Of a stretch of 64,000 bases of DNA, positions 8,763 through 22,510 are shown piece after piece. Numbering within the stretch: position 1 is the stretch's first letter; the number at the start of each line of letters is the position of its first letter. A model generated the notes under the pieces. That model was given only the letters and a program-made list of their open reading frames with translations. It did not search any database and was not told where the DNA came from. Origin of the DNA: Escherichia coli (lineage in GTDB: Bacteria > Pseudomonadota > Gammaproteobacteria > Enterobacterales > Enterobacteriaceae); assembly GCF_003334765.1 (NCBI RefSeq), contig NZ_QOWT01000003.1. One strand, 5' to 3'. The translations under genes and the position numbers were made by a program.

Positions 8763-10181
8763 ATGGTTACTATCAATACGGAATCTGCTTTAACGCCACG
8801 TTCTTTGCGGGATACGCGGCGTATGAATATGTTTGTTTCGGTAGCTGCTGCGGTCGCAGGATTGTTATTTGGTCTTGATATCGGCGTAATCGCCGGAGCG
8901 TTGCCGTTCATTACCGATCACTTTGTGCTGACCAGTCGTTTGCAGGAATGGGTGGTTAGTAGCATGATGCTCGGTGCAGCAATTGGTGCGCTGTTTAATG
9001 GTTGGCTGTCGTTCCGCCTGGGGCGTAAATACAGCCTGATGGCGGGGGCCATCCTGTTTGTACTCGGTTCTATAGGGTCCGCTTTTGCGACCAGCGTAGA
9101 GATGTTAATCGCCGCTCGTGTGGTGCTGGGCATTGCTGTCGGGATCGCGTCTTACACCGCTCCTCTGTATCTTTCTGAAATGGCAAGTGAAAACGTTCGC
9201 GGTAAGATGATCAGTATGTACCAGTTGATGGTCACACTCGGCATCGTGCTGGCGTTTTTATCCGATACAGCGTTCAGTTATAGCGGTAACTGGCGCGCAA
9301 TGTTGGGGGTTCTTGCTTTACCAGCAGTTCTGCTGATTATTCTGGTAGTCTTCCTGCCAAATAGCCCGCGCTGGCTGGCGGAAAAGGGGCGTCATATTGA
9401 GGCGGAAGAAGTATTGCGTATGCTGCGCGATACGTCGGAAAAAGCGCGAGAAGAACTCAACGAAATTCGTGAAAGCCTGAAGTTAAAACAGGGCGGTTGG
9501 GCACTGTTTAAGATCAACCGTAACGTCCGTCGTGCTGTGTTTCTCGGTATGTTGTTGCAGGCGATGCAGCAGTTTACCGGTATGAACATCATCATGTACT
9601 ACGCGCCGCGTATCTTCAAAATGGCGGGCTTTACGACCACAGAACAACAGATGATTGCGACTCTGGTCGTAGGGCTGACCTTTATGTTCGCCACCTTTAT
9701 TGCGGTGTTTACGGTAGATAAAGCAGGGCGTAAACCGGCTCTGAAAATTGGTTTCAGCGTGATGGCGTTAGGCACTCTGGTGCTGGGCTATTGCCTGATG
9801 CAGTTTGATAACGGTACGGCTTCCAGTGGCTTGTCCTGGCTCTCTGTTGGCATGACGATGATGTGTATTGCCGGTTATGCGATGAGCGCCGCGCCAGTGG
9901 TGTGGATCCTGTGCTCTGAAATTCAGCCGCTGAAATGCCGCGATTTCGGTATTACCTGTTCGACCACCACGAACTGGGTGTCGAATATGATTATCGGCGC
10001 GACCTTTCTGACACTGCTTGATAGCATTGGCGCTGCCGGTACGTTCTGGCTCTACACTGCGCTGAACATTGCGTTTGTGGGCATTACTTTCTGGCTCATT
10101 CCGGAAACCAAAAATGTCACGCTGGAACATATCGAACGCAAACTGATGGCAGGCGAGAAGTTGAGAAATATCGGCGTCTGA
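8763..10181 (+). CDS. araE: arabinose:H+ symporter AraE (MFS)
   Basis: [49 protein letters not shown] sugar-porter N-terminus; 472 aa from ATG 8763; the track ORF starting at 8634 is an upstream extension. Confidence 0.92.
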
Positions 10182-10188
10182 TTTCACG

Positions 10189-10221
10189 GGCCGGATGTGC
10201 TGTACATCCGGCCCTTTTTTC
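10189..10221 (+). terminator. rho-independent terminator after araE
   Basis: gggccggatgt...acatccggccc hairpin followed by tttttt. Confidence 0.7.
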
Positions 10222-10309
10222 GTTAATAGAGATTGGGCACTTGGCCGTTGAGGCGTTTGTCTCGTTCCTTATTCAGCCTTGTTGCGGTAACACACATCAG
10301 GAGAGAGGA

Positions 10310-11002
10310 ATGAAAACAATTGGTTTGCTGGGAGGAATGAGCTGGGAATCCACCATTCCTTACTATCGTTTGATAAATGAAGGCATTAAACAGCGGCTTG
10401 GTGGGCTTCACTCTGCGCAAGTGCTGCTACATAGCGTCGATTTTCATGAAATAGAAGAGTGCCAGCGTCGCGGGGAATGGGATAAAACCGGGGACATTCT
10501 GGCTGAGGCGGCGCTTGGCTTACAGCGGACGGGCGCAGAAGGTATTGTGTTATGTACCAATACGATGCATAAAGTGGCGGATGCCATTGAGTCACGTTGC
10601 ACTCTGCCTTTCTTACACATTGCGGATGCCACCGGACGTGCAATTACCGGGGCCGGAATGACTCGTGTGGCGCTGCTGGGTACGCGTTACACCATGGAAC
10701 AGGATTTTTATCGCGGGCGGCTGACGGAACAATTTTCCATCAATTGTCTTATTCCTGAAGCGGATGAACGGGCGAAAATTAATCAGATTATTTTTGAAGA
10801 ACTGTGTCTGGGGCAATTTACCGAAGCGTCACGCGCTTATTATGCGCAAGTGATTGCTCGCCTTGCAGAACAGGGCGCACAGGGCGTCATTTTTGGCTGC
10901 ACAGAAATTGGTTTACTGGTGCCAGAAGAGCGCAGTGTTTTGCCTGTGTTTGATACCGCGGCGATCCATGCCGAGGATGCTGTCGCTTTTATGCTGTCGT
11001 AG
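10310..11002 (+). CDS. ygeA: Asp/Glu-racemase-family amino-acid racemase YgeA
   Basis: [16 protein letters not shown]-terminus; 230 aa from ATG 10310; track ORF extends upstream. Confidence 0.85.
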
Positions 11003-11924
11003 CTGACGACAAAATAGCGTCAAGAGAAGTGACCAGTTTCGGTAACCCCGCTTGTAAATGCCCACTAAACGCCTGAACCAGCGCTGATGACGGGCGGTGC
11101 AGGGGGCGGATCAGGCTGACGGTGAACGGAACCGCAATACTGAACCGCCGCACCACTAAACCGCTTGCCGCATAATCTAGTGCGGTGAGCGGGTTAACCA
11201 CCGAAACACCTACCCCCGCCCGTACCATTGCGCAGACTGACGCGGCGTTGTGGGTTTCTACGATCATGCGTCGTTTAACCTGATGTTCAGTAAATAGCTG
11301 ATCCAGCAACTGGCGATAGCTGTCAGTACGGGAAAGGCTGATGTAGTTCTCACCCTGAAAATCATCCGGCGTTAATACCTTTTTTACCGCCAGCGGATGA
11401 CCCGGAGGTAACACACACACTTCATCTAAAGAGAGTAATTCGGTACGTTCTGTTCCCGCAGGCGTATGGAGCGTTTCAGTGAGTCCTAAATCATGACGCT
11501 GGGCCGAGAGCCACTCTTCAAGTAGCGGTGATTCCTGGGGCACGATATTTAAGCTGACATCGGGATAACGTGCCAGAAAGGGTTGCAGGAGCTGCGGTAA
11601 AAAAGATTGCGAAAAGACCGGCAGGCAGGCAATAGACAGTTCTCCCTGGCGAAACTCGCGCAGACTTTCTGCGGCGCTGACAATGCGATCCAGTCCGTAC
11701 CAGGATCGTTGCACTTCTTCAAACAGACGCAGTCCTTGCACGGTAGGATGTAATCGCCCACGTACGCGCTCAAACAATTTCAGCCCGATCACCTTCTCAA
11801 AGCGCGCAAGTTCGCGGCTGACGGTTGGCTGTGAGGTGTGTAGCAGGTGTGCCGCCTCAGTCAGGCTTCCGGCGGTCATTACCGCATGAAAAATTTCAAT
11901 ATGACGTAAGTTAACGGCGGCCAT
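10989..11924 (-). CDS. lysR: LysR transcriptional activator of lysA
   Basis: 311 aa LTTR with N-terminal HTH ([23 protein letters not shown]); divergent from lysA. Confidence 0.93.
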
Positions 11925-12045
11925 TAGCGCTCTCTCGCAATCCGGTAATCCATATCATTTTTGCATAGACTCGACATAAATCGATATTTTTTATTCTTTT
12001 TATGATGTGGCGTAATCATAAAAAAGCACTTATCTGGAGTTTGTT

Positions 12046-13308
12046 ATGCCACATTCACTGTTCAGCACCGATACCGATCTCACCGCCGAAAATCTGCTGC
12101 GTTTGCCCGCTGAATTTGGCTGCCCGGTGTGGGTCTACGATGCGCAAATTATTCGTCGGCAGATTGCAGCGCTGAAACAGTTTGATGTGGTGCGCTTTGC
12201 ACAGAAAGCCTGTTCCAATATTCATATTTTGCGCTTAATGCGTGAGCAGGGCGTGAAAGTGGATTCCGTCTCGTTAGGCGAAATAGAGCGTGCGTTGGCG
12301 GCGGGTTACAATCCGCAAACGCACCCCGATGATATTGTTTTTACGGCAGATGTTATCGATCAGGCGACGCTTGAACGCGTCAGTGAATTGCAAATTCCGG
12401 TGAATGCGGGTTCTGTTGATATGCTCGACCAACTGGGCCAGGTTTCGCCAGGGCATCGGGTATGGCTGCGCGTTAATCCGGGGTTTGGTCACGGACATAG
12501 CCAAAAAACCAATACCGGTGGCGAAAACAGCAAGCACGGTATCTGGTACACCGATCTGCCCGCCGCACTGGACGTGATACAACGTCATCATCTGCAGCTG
12601 GTCGGCATTCACATGCACATTGGTTCTGGCGTTGATTATGCCCATCTGGAACAGGTGTGTGGTGCTATGGTGCGTCAGGTCATCGAATTCGGTCAGGATT
12701 TACAGGCTATTTCTGCGGGCGGTGGGCTTTCTGTTCCTTATCAACAGGGTGAAGAGGCGGTTGATACCGAACATTATTATGGTCTGTGGAATGCCGCGCG
12801 TGAGCAAATCGCCCGCCATTTGGGCCACCCTGTGAAACTGGAAATTGAACCGGGTCGCTTCCTGGTAGCGCAGTCTGGCGTATTAATTACTCAGGTGCGG
12901 AGCGTCAAACAAATGGGGAGCCACCACTTTGTGCTGGTTGATGCCGGGTTCAACGATCTGATGCGCCCGGCAATGTACGGTAGTTACCACCATATCAGTG
13001 CCCTGGCAGCTGATGGTCGTTCTCTGGAACACGCGCCAACGGTGGAAACCGTCGTCGCCGGACCGTTATGTGAATCGGGCGATGTCTTTACCCAGCAGGA
13101 AGGGGGAAATGTTGAAACCCGCGCCTTGCCGGAAGTGAAGGCAGGTGATTATCTGGTACTGCATGATACAGGGGCATATGGCGCATCAATGTCATCCAAC
13201 TACAATAGCCGTCCGCTGTTACCAGAAGTTCTGTTTGATAATGGTCAGGCGCGGTTGATTCGCCGTCGCCAGACCATCGAAGAATTACTGGCGCTGGAAT
13301 TGCTTTAA
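12046..13308 (+). CDS. lysA: diaminopimelate decarboxylase LysA
   Basis: 420 aa; PLP-dependent decarboxylase; classic lysR-lysA divergent arrangement. Confidence 0.95.
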   Translation: MPHSLFSTDTDLTAENLLRLPAEFGCPVWVYDAQIIRRQIAALKQFDVVRFAQKACSNIHILRLMREQGVKVDSVSLGEIERALAAGYNPQTHPDDIVFTADVIDQATLERVSELQIPVNAGSVDMLDQLGQVSPGHRVWLRVNPGFGHGHSQKTNTGGENSKHGIWYTDLPAALDVIQRHHLQLVGIHMHIGSGVDYAHLEQVCGAMVRQVIEFGQDLQAISAGGGLSVPYQQGEEAVDTEHYYGLWNAAREQIARHLGHPVKLEIEPGRFLVAQSGVLITQVRSVKQMGSHHFVLVDAGFNDLMRPAMYGSYHHISALAADGRSLEHAPTVETVVAGPLCESGDVFTQQEGGNVETRALPEVKAGDYLVLHDTGAYGASMSSNYNSRPLLPEVLFDNGQARLIRRRQTIEELLALELL

Positions 13309-13314
13309 CTGCGG

Positions 13315-14346
13315 TTAGTCGCTGGTTGCATGATGACTTGCCTCCAGCGACGGAGTTGACACTGAATGACGACGTACCAGCGTCGGACTAAAGACATTAG
13401 TGATTTCCGGGAGAGGGCGATTATCCGCCAGCGCCAAAGCCAGTTCGGCAGCCTGGGTCGCCATCGTCACGATTGGGTAACGCACGGTGGTCAGGCGCGG
13501 ACGCACATAGCGTGACACCAGCACATCATCAAAGCCAATTAACGAAATCTCACCCGGTACATCAATACCATTATCATTGAGAACGCCCATCGCACCCGCC
13601 GCCATTGAATCGTTATAACAGGCTACCGCAGTGAAATTTCTTCCTCGTCCCAAAAGCTCGGTCATTGCCTGTTCGCCGCCGCTTTCGTCTGGTTCGCCAA
13701 ATGTCACCAGCCGGTCATTGGCCGCAATACCACTTTCAGCAAGGGCATCGTAATACCCTTGCAGACGATCTTCGGCGTCAGAAATAGAGTGGTTAGAGCA
13801 CAGATAACCAATGCGGGTATGACCTTGCTGAATTAAATGACGCGTTGCCAGCCAGGCACCGTAACGATCGTCCAGAGCAATACAACGGTTTTCAAAGCCA
13901 GGCAGGATACGGTTGATCAGCACCATACCGGGCATTTGTTTCATTAATGAGGCTAAATCAGCATCCGGGATCATTTTGGCATGGACGACCAACGCAGCAC
14001 AGCGATGGCGGATCAGTTGCTCAATGGCCTGACGCTCTTTTTGTTCGTTGTGGTAACCGTTGCCAATCAATAAAAAATTACCGGTGTGATAAGCCACCTG
14101 TTCGACCGCTTTCACCATTGCACCGAAAAACGGATCGGAAACATCACCAACGACCAGACCGACCGTTTCAGTGGTCTGCTGCGCCAGCGCACGGGCGTTG
14201 GCGTTCGGGTGATAGCTAAGAGACTCCATTGCACTATGCACAGCCAGCCGGGAAGCTTCGCTGGCTTTGGGTGAATTATTAATGACGCGGGAAACGGTGG
14301 CGACTGAAACGCCTGCCAGTCGGGCTACATCCTTTATGGTCGCCAT
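13315..14346 (-). CDS. galR: galactose repressor GalR (LacI family)
   Basis: 343 aa; N-terminal LacI-type HTH MATIKDVARLAGVSVATVSRVIN. Confidence 0.93.
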   Translation of the reverse strand: MATIKDVARLAGVSVATVSRVINNSPKASEASRLAVHSAMESLSYHPNANARALAQQTTETVGLVVGDVSDPFFGAMVKAVEQVAYHTGNFLLIGNGYHNEQKERQAIEQLIRHRCAALVVHAKMIPDADLASLMKQMPGMVLINRILPGFENRCIALDDRYGAWLATRHLIQQGHTRIGYLCSNHSISDAEDRLQGYYDALAESGIAANDRLVTFGEPDESGGEQAMTELLGRGRNFTAVACYNDSMAAGAMGVLNDNGIDVPGEISLIGFDDVLVSRYVRPRLTTVRYPIVTMATQAAELALALADNRPLPEITNVFSPTLVRRHSVSTPSLEASHHATSD

Positions 14347-14559
14347 GAAAATACCTTAGTGGGTAAACGCTTACATTCTTTCAGTGTTACGGAAAACGCC
14401 CGTTGGTTCAAGGGGTGGCGTGTTTTCATCGTGGGAATGTGAGCCAAACGCAAATAAGTAAGACAAAAAAAGAGATTGCAAACCTTTGGTTACACTTTGC
14501 GAAACGCTGTTGCGATTGACCGCTGGTGGCGTTTGGCTTCAGGTTGCTAAAGTGGTGAT

Positions 14560-14641
14560 CCCAGAGGTATTGATAGGTGAAGTCAACTTCGGGTTGAGCA
14601 CATGAATTACACCAGCCTGCGCAGATGCGCAGGTTTTTTTT
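14560..14641 (+). ncRNA. omrB: Hfq-dependent sRNA OmrB
   Basis: Sequence CCCAGAGGTATTGATAGGTGAAGTCAAC...CTGCGCAGATGCGCAGG plus U-run matches OmrB as I remember it; lies in the galR-aas intergenic region. Confidence 0.85.
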
Positions 14642-14755
14642 GCCGGTCATCAATCTGTAACAGTAACCGACAATTTACACACCTCGTTGCATTTCCCTTC
14701 ATTCCTTTGCGTTTTCTCGCTGGCGAAGAGTCGTCGTGCAGACCACAATCAAGAT

Positions 14756-14843
14756 CCCAGAGGTATTGATTGGTGAGATTATTCGGTACGCTCTTCGTAC
14801 CCTGTCTCTTGCACCAACCTGCGCGGATGCGCAGGTTTTTTTT
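14756..14843 (+). ncRNA. omrA: Hfq-dependent sRNA OmrA
   Basis: CCCAGAGGTATTGATTGGTGAGATTATTCGG...CTGCGCGGATGCGCAGG plus U-run; tandem paralogue of OmrB with shared 5' and 3' ends. Confidence 0.85.
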
Positions 14844-14909
14844 CGCACCTAATTTACTGTCGCTCGCGTTCTTTATCTCGTGTAATCTCCCTCCATTCGC
14901 TTTTACTGA

Positions 14910-18276
<3,367 letters not shown>

Positions 18277-18281
18277 TATTT

Positions 18282-18303
18282 AACGCCGGTTTTAACCGGC
18301 GTT
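18282..18303. terminator. bidirectional hairpin between convergent lplT and tas
   Basis: aacgccggtt ttaa ccggcgtt palindrome. Confidence 0.5.
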
Positions 18304-18307
18304 AATC

Positions 18308-19348
18308 TTATGGTGCCGGATAAGTATAAACCTGATGCACCGCTTCAATTTCAGCTAATACGTCTTCGCTTAACTCCAGATGCAAACTTTCGATGTTAGT
18401 TTTCAGCTGATCCATCGTGGTTGCGCCCAGCAGAGTGCTGGCAACAAACGGTTGACGGCGTACAAACGCGAGCGCCATCTGAGCAGGGTCCAGGCCATGA
18501 CGTCTGGCGATATCAACATACGCCGCGACGGCTTTTTGCGTTTGCTCACCGCTATAGCGGGTGAACCGACTAAAGAGCGTATTACGTGCGCCAGCGGGTT
18601 TTGCACCATTGAGATATTTCCCGGTCAGCGTGCCGAAACCCAGGCACGAATAGGCCAGCAGTTCGACCCCTTCATACTGGCTGACTTCTGCCAGACCTAC
18701 TTCAAAACTGCGGTTTAACAGACTGTAAGGGTTCTGAATGGTGACAATACGCGGCAGATCGTGTTTGTCCGCCAGATGCAGGTAGCGCATTACGCCAAAT
18801 GCAGTTTCGTTCGACACGCCGATATAACGAATTTTTCCCGCGCGTTGGTACTCTGCCAGTGCGTCCAGCGTATCCAGCAGCGAAACCGCAGGCGCAGAAT
18901 CCGTCCAGCTATAACCGAGTTTGCCGAAGCAGTTGGTCGGGCGCTGCGGCCAGTGCACCTGATAAAGATCGAGGTAATCAGTCTGTAGGCGCTTGAGGCT
19001 GTCATGCAGCGCTTCGCGGATATTCTTCCGATCCAGCGCCTGATCCGGGCGGATGCCCTTGTCATTATTGCGCGACGGTCCGCTCACTTTGGAGGCGATA
19101 ATTAACTTTTCGCGGCTGCCATGTTTCGCCAGCCAGTTGCCGACGTAGGTTTCGGTTAACCCTTGCGTTTCGGGGCGCGGAGGTACTGGGTACATTTCGG
19201 CAACGTCGATAAGGTTAATGCCCTGAGCGACGGCATAGTCGAGTTGTGCGTGGGCGTCGGCTTCGCTGTTCTGTTCACCAAACGTCATCGTGCCAAGCCC
19301 CAGCGTGCTGACTTCCAGCGAACTGTGGGGTATACGGTGATATTGCAT
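18308..19348 (-). CDS. tas: aldo-keto reductase Tas
   Basis: 346 aa AKR-family protein; matches K-12 Tas length and position. Confidence 0.9.
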   Translation of the reverse strand: MQYHRIPHSSLEVSTLGLGTMTFGEQNSEADAHAQLDYAVAQGINLIDVAEMYPVPPRPETQGLTETYVGNWLAKHGSREKLIIASKVSGPSRNNDKGIRPDQALDRKNIREALHDSLKRLQTDYLDLYQVHWPQRPTNCFGKLGYSWTDSAPAVSLLDTLDALAEYQRAGKIRYIGVSNETAFGVMRYLHLADKHDLPRIVTIQNPYSLLNRSFEVGLAEVSQYEGVELLAYSCLGFGTLTGKYLNGAKPAGARNTLFSRFTRYSGEQTQKAVAAYVDIARRHGLDPAQMALAFVRRQPFVASTLLGATTMDQLKTNIESLHLELSEDVLAEIEAVHQVYTYPAP

Positions 19349-19455
19349 AGCCGTTTCCTTTTTATAATCACGACATAAGGAATATAAAAATGGCAGAGGG
19401 AAGGGAAAAGGGAAAGAGAAAAATCTTAAGGCCAGCCGGATGCTGACCTTATTTG

Positions 19456-19674
19456 TTAACGTTCAATAATTTGCGAAACATCATCACGGTTAATTTGCAT
19501 CGCGTTACCTTGCTGATCGTGATAACTCACCAGCCCGGTATCATCATCAATTTCAGGTTTTCCATCGGTCAAAATCATACGGCCATCTTTGGTCGCCATG
19601 ACGTAATCACTGGAACACCCGGAAACAGCAAACGCCAGTCCGACTGCAGAAATTATTACTGCCCATTTTTTCAT
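19456..19674 (-). CDS. ygdR: small lipoprotein YgdR (DUF903)
   Basis: 72 aa; lipobox AVSGC; paralogue of YgdI in this window. Confidence 0.88.
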
Positions 19675-19811
19675 CCGGTTATCCTCATTTGGCCTACCTA
19701 TGATAATAGTCTGTTTATAAACCGACGTTATATATCTTGAAAGCAGGAAAATCTTAAACTGTGAGGGTAAAAGGAGTGAGTACGCCCTCCCGCAGGAGAG
19801 CGTACGGAGTA

Positions 19812-20525
19812 TCAGAGCGGATTCTTTTTGTTGCGAATCAAGTTGAGGCTTTCAACCGCAATAGAGAAGAACATCGCGAAGTAGATGTAACCTTTCGGTA
19901 CGTGGATGTCGAAACTTTCCAGAATCAGGGTAAAGCCCACCAGAATCAGGAAAGAGAGCGCCAGCATTTTTACCGAAGGATGGCGTTCGACAAAATCACC
20001 AATCGAGCGCGCGGCGAACATCATCACGCCTACGGCAATCACCACGGCTGCCATCATAATAAACAGGTGATCTGACAGACCCACAGCCGTAATCACCGAG
20101 TCGAGGCTAAAGATAATATCCAGCAGCATAATCTGCACGATAGCGCCGAGGAATGATGAAACGCGTGTTTTCAGCCCTTCTTCTTCACCTTCAATGGATT
20201 CGTGGATTTCCTTGCTGGCTTTCCAGATAAGGAACAAGCCACCCAGAAGCAGAATCAAATCACGGGCAGAAATTTCCTGACTGAATATTGTAAAAAGCGG
20301 ATTTGTCAGGCGCGTAACCCAGGCGATTGATGCCAGCAGCGCCAGACGCATAACCATGGCTCCCGCCAACCCCAGACGGCGCGCATGAGCACGTTGTGCT
20401 GTGGGAAGCTTTGCCACCACCAGAGAAAGGAAAATAATATTGTCGATCCCAAGAACGATCTCCAGCAGCGTCAGCGTACCGAGCGCAAGCCAGGCGTTAG
20501 GATCGGTTATCCATGCAAATAACAT
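19812..20525 (-). CDS. ygdQ: TerC-family inner membrane protein YgdQ
   Basis: 237 aa polytopic membrane protein; K-12 synteny. Confidence 0.88.
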
Positions 20526-20593
20526 CTAAAAAGCCCTGCCAAAAAAATGAAGCGGTAATTATATGCCCGGAAAGCGGCAGGTCAAAGCGATGG

Positions 20594-21283
20594 CTACTGG
20601 ATCAGAAAATGACGGGCCAGTAGTGCACTGGTGAAATTCTTCTTCAAATAAAAGCCGCGTGGCAGCGTCAGAATCCGTTCGCCCCGGGCACCAATGGCTT
20701 CGGTAAGCGCTTTCGCATTCGCTGCTTTCGGTCGTATCTGTAAATACTCCCCGTGACGAGCGGTAATCCGCTCAACCTGACCGAGAACAATCATATCCAT
20801 TAATTCTTCCCAGTCTTCGCGTAGCTGCCGGTCTTCCTCTTCATTCGGGCTCCACAGCAACGGTGATCCAACGCGACGCTGCGCCAGCGGGATGCTGCGC
20901 TCGCCTTCAACCGGTATCCACAGTACGCGTTTGAGTTTGTGGCGCACGTGGCTGGTTTCCCAGGTCACCCCGCTATTGCCCGTTAACGGGGCAACACAAA
21001 CGAATGTTGTTTCCAGCGGACGACCAAGACTATCCACAGGGATAGTTTTAAGTTCCACGCCCAGAGCAGCAAAATCTTGCTCAGGTTTACTCCCTGCGCT
21101 GGCACCTAGCCAGATCTCCAGTAACACGCCAATCCAGCCTTTATCGCGTTTTAAATTCTCTGGCGTAACCAGCCCGACAAGTGCCGCCAGTTCTCCCAAT
21201 GTATAACCAGAAAGTTGCTGTGCTTGCGCTAACAACTGTTCTTCAGTTTCGGGAGGAGAGAGCAGTGGGCGAGGTTGGGACAT
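20594..21283 (-). CDS. mutH: DNA mismatch repair endonuclease MutH
   Basis: 229 aa; matches K-12 MutH length and position. Confidence 0.93.
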   Translation of the reverse strand: MSQPRPLLSPPETEEQLLAQAQQLSGYTLGELAALVGLVTPENLKRDKGWIGVLLEIWLGASAGSKPEQDFAALGVELKTIPVDSLGRPLETTFVCVAPLTGNSGVTWETSHVRHKLKRVLWIPVEGERSIPLAQRRVGSPLLWSPNEEEDRQLREDWEELMDMIVLGQVERITARHGEYLQIRPKAANAKALTEAIGARGERILTLPRGFYLKKNFTSALLARHFLIQ

Positions 21284-21439
21284 GTCATGATACCTTGATT
21301 AAAAAACAAACAGTAATTATGTGCCGAATATTCGCAGTGTAACTTTTTCCACATGCGTTGTTCAATTCTCTGATTTATATTGCTTTTTAGGTTGCCGGTA
21401 ATCGAGTTGCGCAACACTGCAACGGGTTTTCCAAATCTG

Positions 21440-21850
21440 GTCACTGAAAATAAACAGGATCTTACACCATGTTATCCACAGAAAGCTGGGATAACTGTGA
21501 AAAACCTCCACTACTGTTTCCATTTACAGCCTTGACGTGCGACGAAACTCCAGTTTTTAGTGGTTCAGTGCTTAACTTAGTGGCACATTCTGTGGATAAA
21601 TACGGCATTGGTTGATCTTTCGCCAACCCGTAAATGAGAGGTGTGACCTGGGTCACGAATTACTCTTTTTCATTACTAAAATTACATGTAATGCATTGAC
21701 TGATAATGAATATTTTAAAATGTCTATATCGGGCTTATTCAGAATGCTCCGGGTTTTCCCGTAGTAATTCCGTAGTTCTTCACAACTCTATCCACAGAAA
21801 AGGTGAATAAAAACGGCTATCCACCCCTTCCTCTGTTTATAACTCTGCAC
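21440..21850. promoter_or_regulatory. DARS2-like DnaA-reactivating sequence (cluster of DnaA boxes between mutH and rppH)
   Basis: DnaA-box matches at 21472-21480 (TTATCCACA), 21591-21599 (TGTGGATAA, reverse), 21788-21796 (CTATCCACA) and 21817-21825 (CTATCCACC) inside a 684-bp intergenic region; DARS2 is reported between mutH and ygdP(=rppH). Boundaries approximate. Confidence 0.5.
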
Positions 21851-21967
21851 ATAACTGTGAGTTATTCAATTGTTATTAGTGTGTAATGCCCTGCAGAGAG
21901 TGGTTTACCGTCTTCCTGGAGTATGAAACAATCATTCGTATATAAAGCTTTATTTTGAGGTAGTCCG

Positions 21968-22498
21968 GTGATTGATGACGATGGCTACCGCCCAAACGTA
22001 GGTATCGTGATTTGTAATCGCCAGGGGCAGGTAATGTGGGCCCGGCGATTTGGTCAGCACTCCTGGCAATTTCCGCAAGGCGGAATCAACCCCGGAGAAT
22101 CCGCAGAGCAGGCGATGTACCGTGAATTGTTTGAAGAAGTAGGATTAAGCCGCAAAGACGTTCGAATCCTTGCTTCAACGCGTAACTGGTTGCGCTACAA
22201 ATTACCGAAACGTTTGGTGCGTTGGGACACGAAGCCGGTTTGTATCGGCCAAAAACAAAAATGGTTTCTCTTGCAGCTGGTGAGCGGCGATGCAGAAATC
22301 AATATGCAAACCAGCAGTACACCAGAGTTTGACGGCTGGCGATGGGTAAGTTACTGGTATCCGGTCAGACAGGTGGTGTCATTTAAACGTGATGTCTACC
22401 GTAGGGTAATGAAAGAGTTCGCGAGTGTGGTGATGTCACTGCAGGAAAATACGCCAAAACCACAAAACGCATCTGCTTATCGACGTAAAAGAGGTTAA
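21968..22498 (+). CDS. rppH: RNA pyrophosphohydrolase RppH (NudH, Nudix)
   Basis: 176 aa; Nudix box [22 protein letters not shown]; GTG start. Confidence 0.93.
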
Positions 22499-22510
22499 GT
22501 CACGCCAATT

